64,000 nucleotides of DNA from Leucoraja erinacea (lineage: Eukaryota): assembly GCF_028641065.1 (NCBI RefSeq), contig NC_073399.1, positions 32,736,001 through 32,800,000 of the forward strand. The letters are read 5' to 3'. Below are positions 62,467-64,000 of this stretch, piece after piece. Position numbers and translations under genes: made by a program. The notes beneath the pieces are model-generated. The model had not been told where the DNA came from and did not search any database. It saw only the letters and a list, made by a program, of their open reading frames with translations. The number at the start of each line of letters is the position of its first letter. Position 1 is the first letter of the stretch.

Positions 62467-63355
62467 TATAGTATTTATATAGCACATTTATAGTCAATTT
62501 TCATTGACCCCAAAGTGCTTTACATAATTTAAAAATCAGTTCCATACAAAGCATAAAGATGGGTTAACAAAATAATAAAATGCATAAACAGGACACAACA
62601 TGTAACATAAACATCCACCACAGCATTCATCACTGTGGTGGAAGGCACAAAAATTTTGGCCGTCCTCCTTCATTTCCCCCCCATGGACAAGACCAGAGTC
62701 CAGTCCAGGATCGGTCTTTCCTCACCGGAGACCGCGGCTTCAAGATTGTGTAGGCCACAGGCCGGCGGTTGAGATTTAAAGTCCCCGCCGCAGCCAGAAG
62801 CACCGTAGACTGCAGGGCCGGCGGTCGAAGCTCCCCTCCAGGGGTGATGGTAAGTCCATGCCGGGCCCGCGGTAGAAGTTATCCGCGGGCCGGCAATGGC
62901 GGCTTTTTCTTCCCCCGGGTCCCCCACGAGGGATCCCGGGCTGTAGACGCCGCAGCAGCTGGAACTCTGCAGACCGCGGCTTCAGGATGCGACTTCAGGC
63001 TGCCGGCTGCCCCGGGCCAGTGAAACGGAGCACTCCCCTCCAGCGAGACCCAGCGAGGGCTCACCCGCTCCACGCCGAGAGCCCACGCTGCGCCTGCCGC
63101 TGAAGCCCCGGGCACGTCTCCGGGAAAGACCTCGCCGATCCTTGATGGTAGGCCACGGGGGAGGCGACCTGGAAAAAGTTGCCTCTCCATGGAGGAGGCG
63201 ACCGAAGCGGTTTCCCCCTTACACCACCCACACCACCCCCCACACAAAACACAAAAACCCCACTAAATACACACTTTAAAACATACTAAAAATAAAAAAT
63301 AAAATTGAAAGGCTGACGCGCTGCTGCCATGGCTGCCGCCAGAACAGCGCCCCTG
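62415..63355 (-). mobile_element. Full-length GC-rich hairpin-core retroposon with L2-type tail and (TAT)n microsatellite
   Basis: 5' AGGGGCGC at 63354; core TCCACCACAG-loop-CTGTGGTGGA at 62613-62642; (AAT)n at 62415-62465. Confidence 0.75.
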
Positions 63356-64000
63356 GAGTTATGTGCACGAGTTGGTAACGTGCTATAGATGATGTTAAGA
63401 TTGGAAGTTTTTGACGTGATACAGTGTGGAAACAGGCCCTTCAGCTCACCGAGTCTGCACTGACCAACGATCACCTGTACACTAGTTCTATGTTTCCCCT
63501 GATTTGCATCCTACACACTAGGAATAATTTACAGAAGCAAATGAACCTCCAAACCTGCATGTCTTTGGAATGTGGGAGGAAACAGGAGCATCCAGAGATA
63601 ACTCGCAGGGAGAACATGCAACCTTCTCACAGTGAATGACCACATTTTGGTTTAGTGTTGGGATAAGGTAAAATAAAATAAATTACGAATACACTTAAAA
63701 AGATGGGCAATATAGGGTTAAACTGATCTTGTTTTGAGCAGTAAATATGCTGCTCCCCCCTCAAGTCACCTTGCTCCTTTTCCCTTCTTCATGCAGTCAG
63801 CAGCATCTCAGTGAGATCCAATAGACATGGAAGCTTTCCCATCATTATTAGCAACACGTTGTGTGGCTGAACAACTTCCTGCAACAATTCCTCATGGACA
63901 CCAACTGTAACATCACTGGTGTGGTTCTGACATGAGCGGGGCTTCCACATCTATATAACTAAATGTCCCATCTTGACCATTCCTGACTGCGCTCTATATT

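Noticed and set aside
1-64000. CRISPR array or prokaryotic system
   Set aside because: No regularly spaced repeat-spacer array or operon-like ORFs; the sequence is vertebrate-like with spliceosomal introns.

Overview
Eukaryotic, repeat-dense genomic DNA, most likely from a cartilaginous fish (skate or ray). This is inferred from the HE1-like V-SINEs, HER1/CR1-like LINEs, Penelope and Rex1 families. There is a 597-N assembly gap at 49051-49647. Most ORFs in the track are transposon fragments or chance frames. One host gene can be rebuilt on the minus strand from phase-1 GT-AG exons: leader 33028-32965, IgV-1 32279-31944, IgV-2 28953-28648, stalk/TM 22124-21984, cytoplasmic 19965-19921, and a tentative last exon 18699-18581. 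It encodes a type-I membrane protein of about 336 aa. Its two V-set domains lack the canonical Trp and F-strand Cys and diverge mainly on the GFCC' face. Three main observations go beyond annotation. (1) Three templated insertions share one signature: repeat homology at one junction, microhomology at the other, and a duplication of the recipient site. One of them appears to have created the second Ig exon. (2) A GC-rich retroposon family without a tRNA head has a covarying RNA hairpin core and interchangeable L2- or Rex1-type 3' tails. (3) Many Penelope-derived minimal hammerhead-like motifs occur, some as tiny TSD-flanked mobile units. The rest is a nested landscape of hAT, DIRS, gypsy, CR1, L2, Rex1 and MITE elements.
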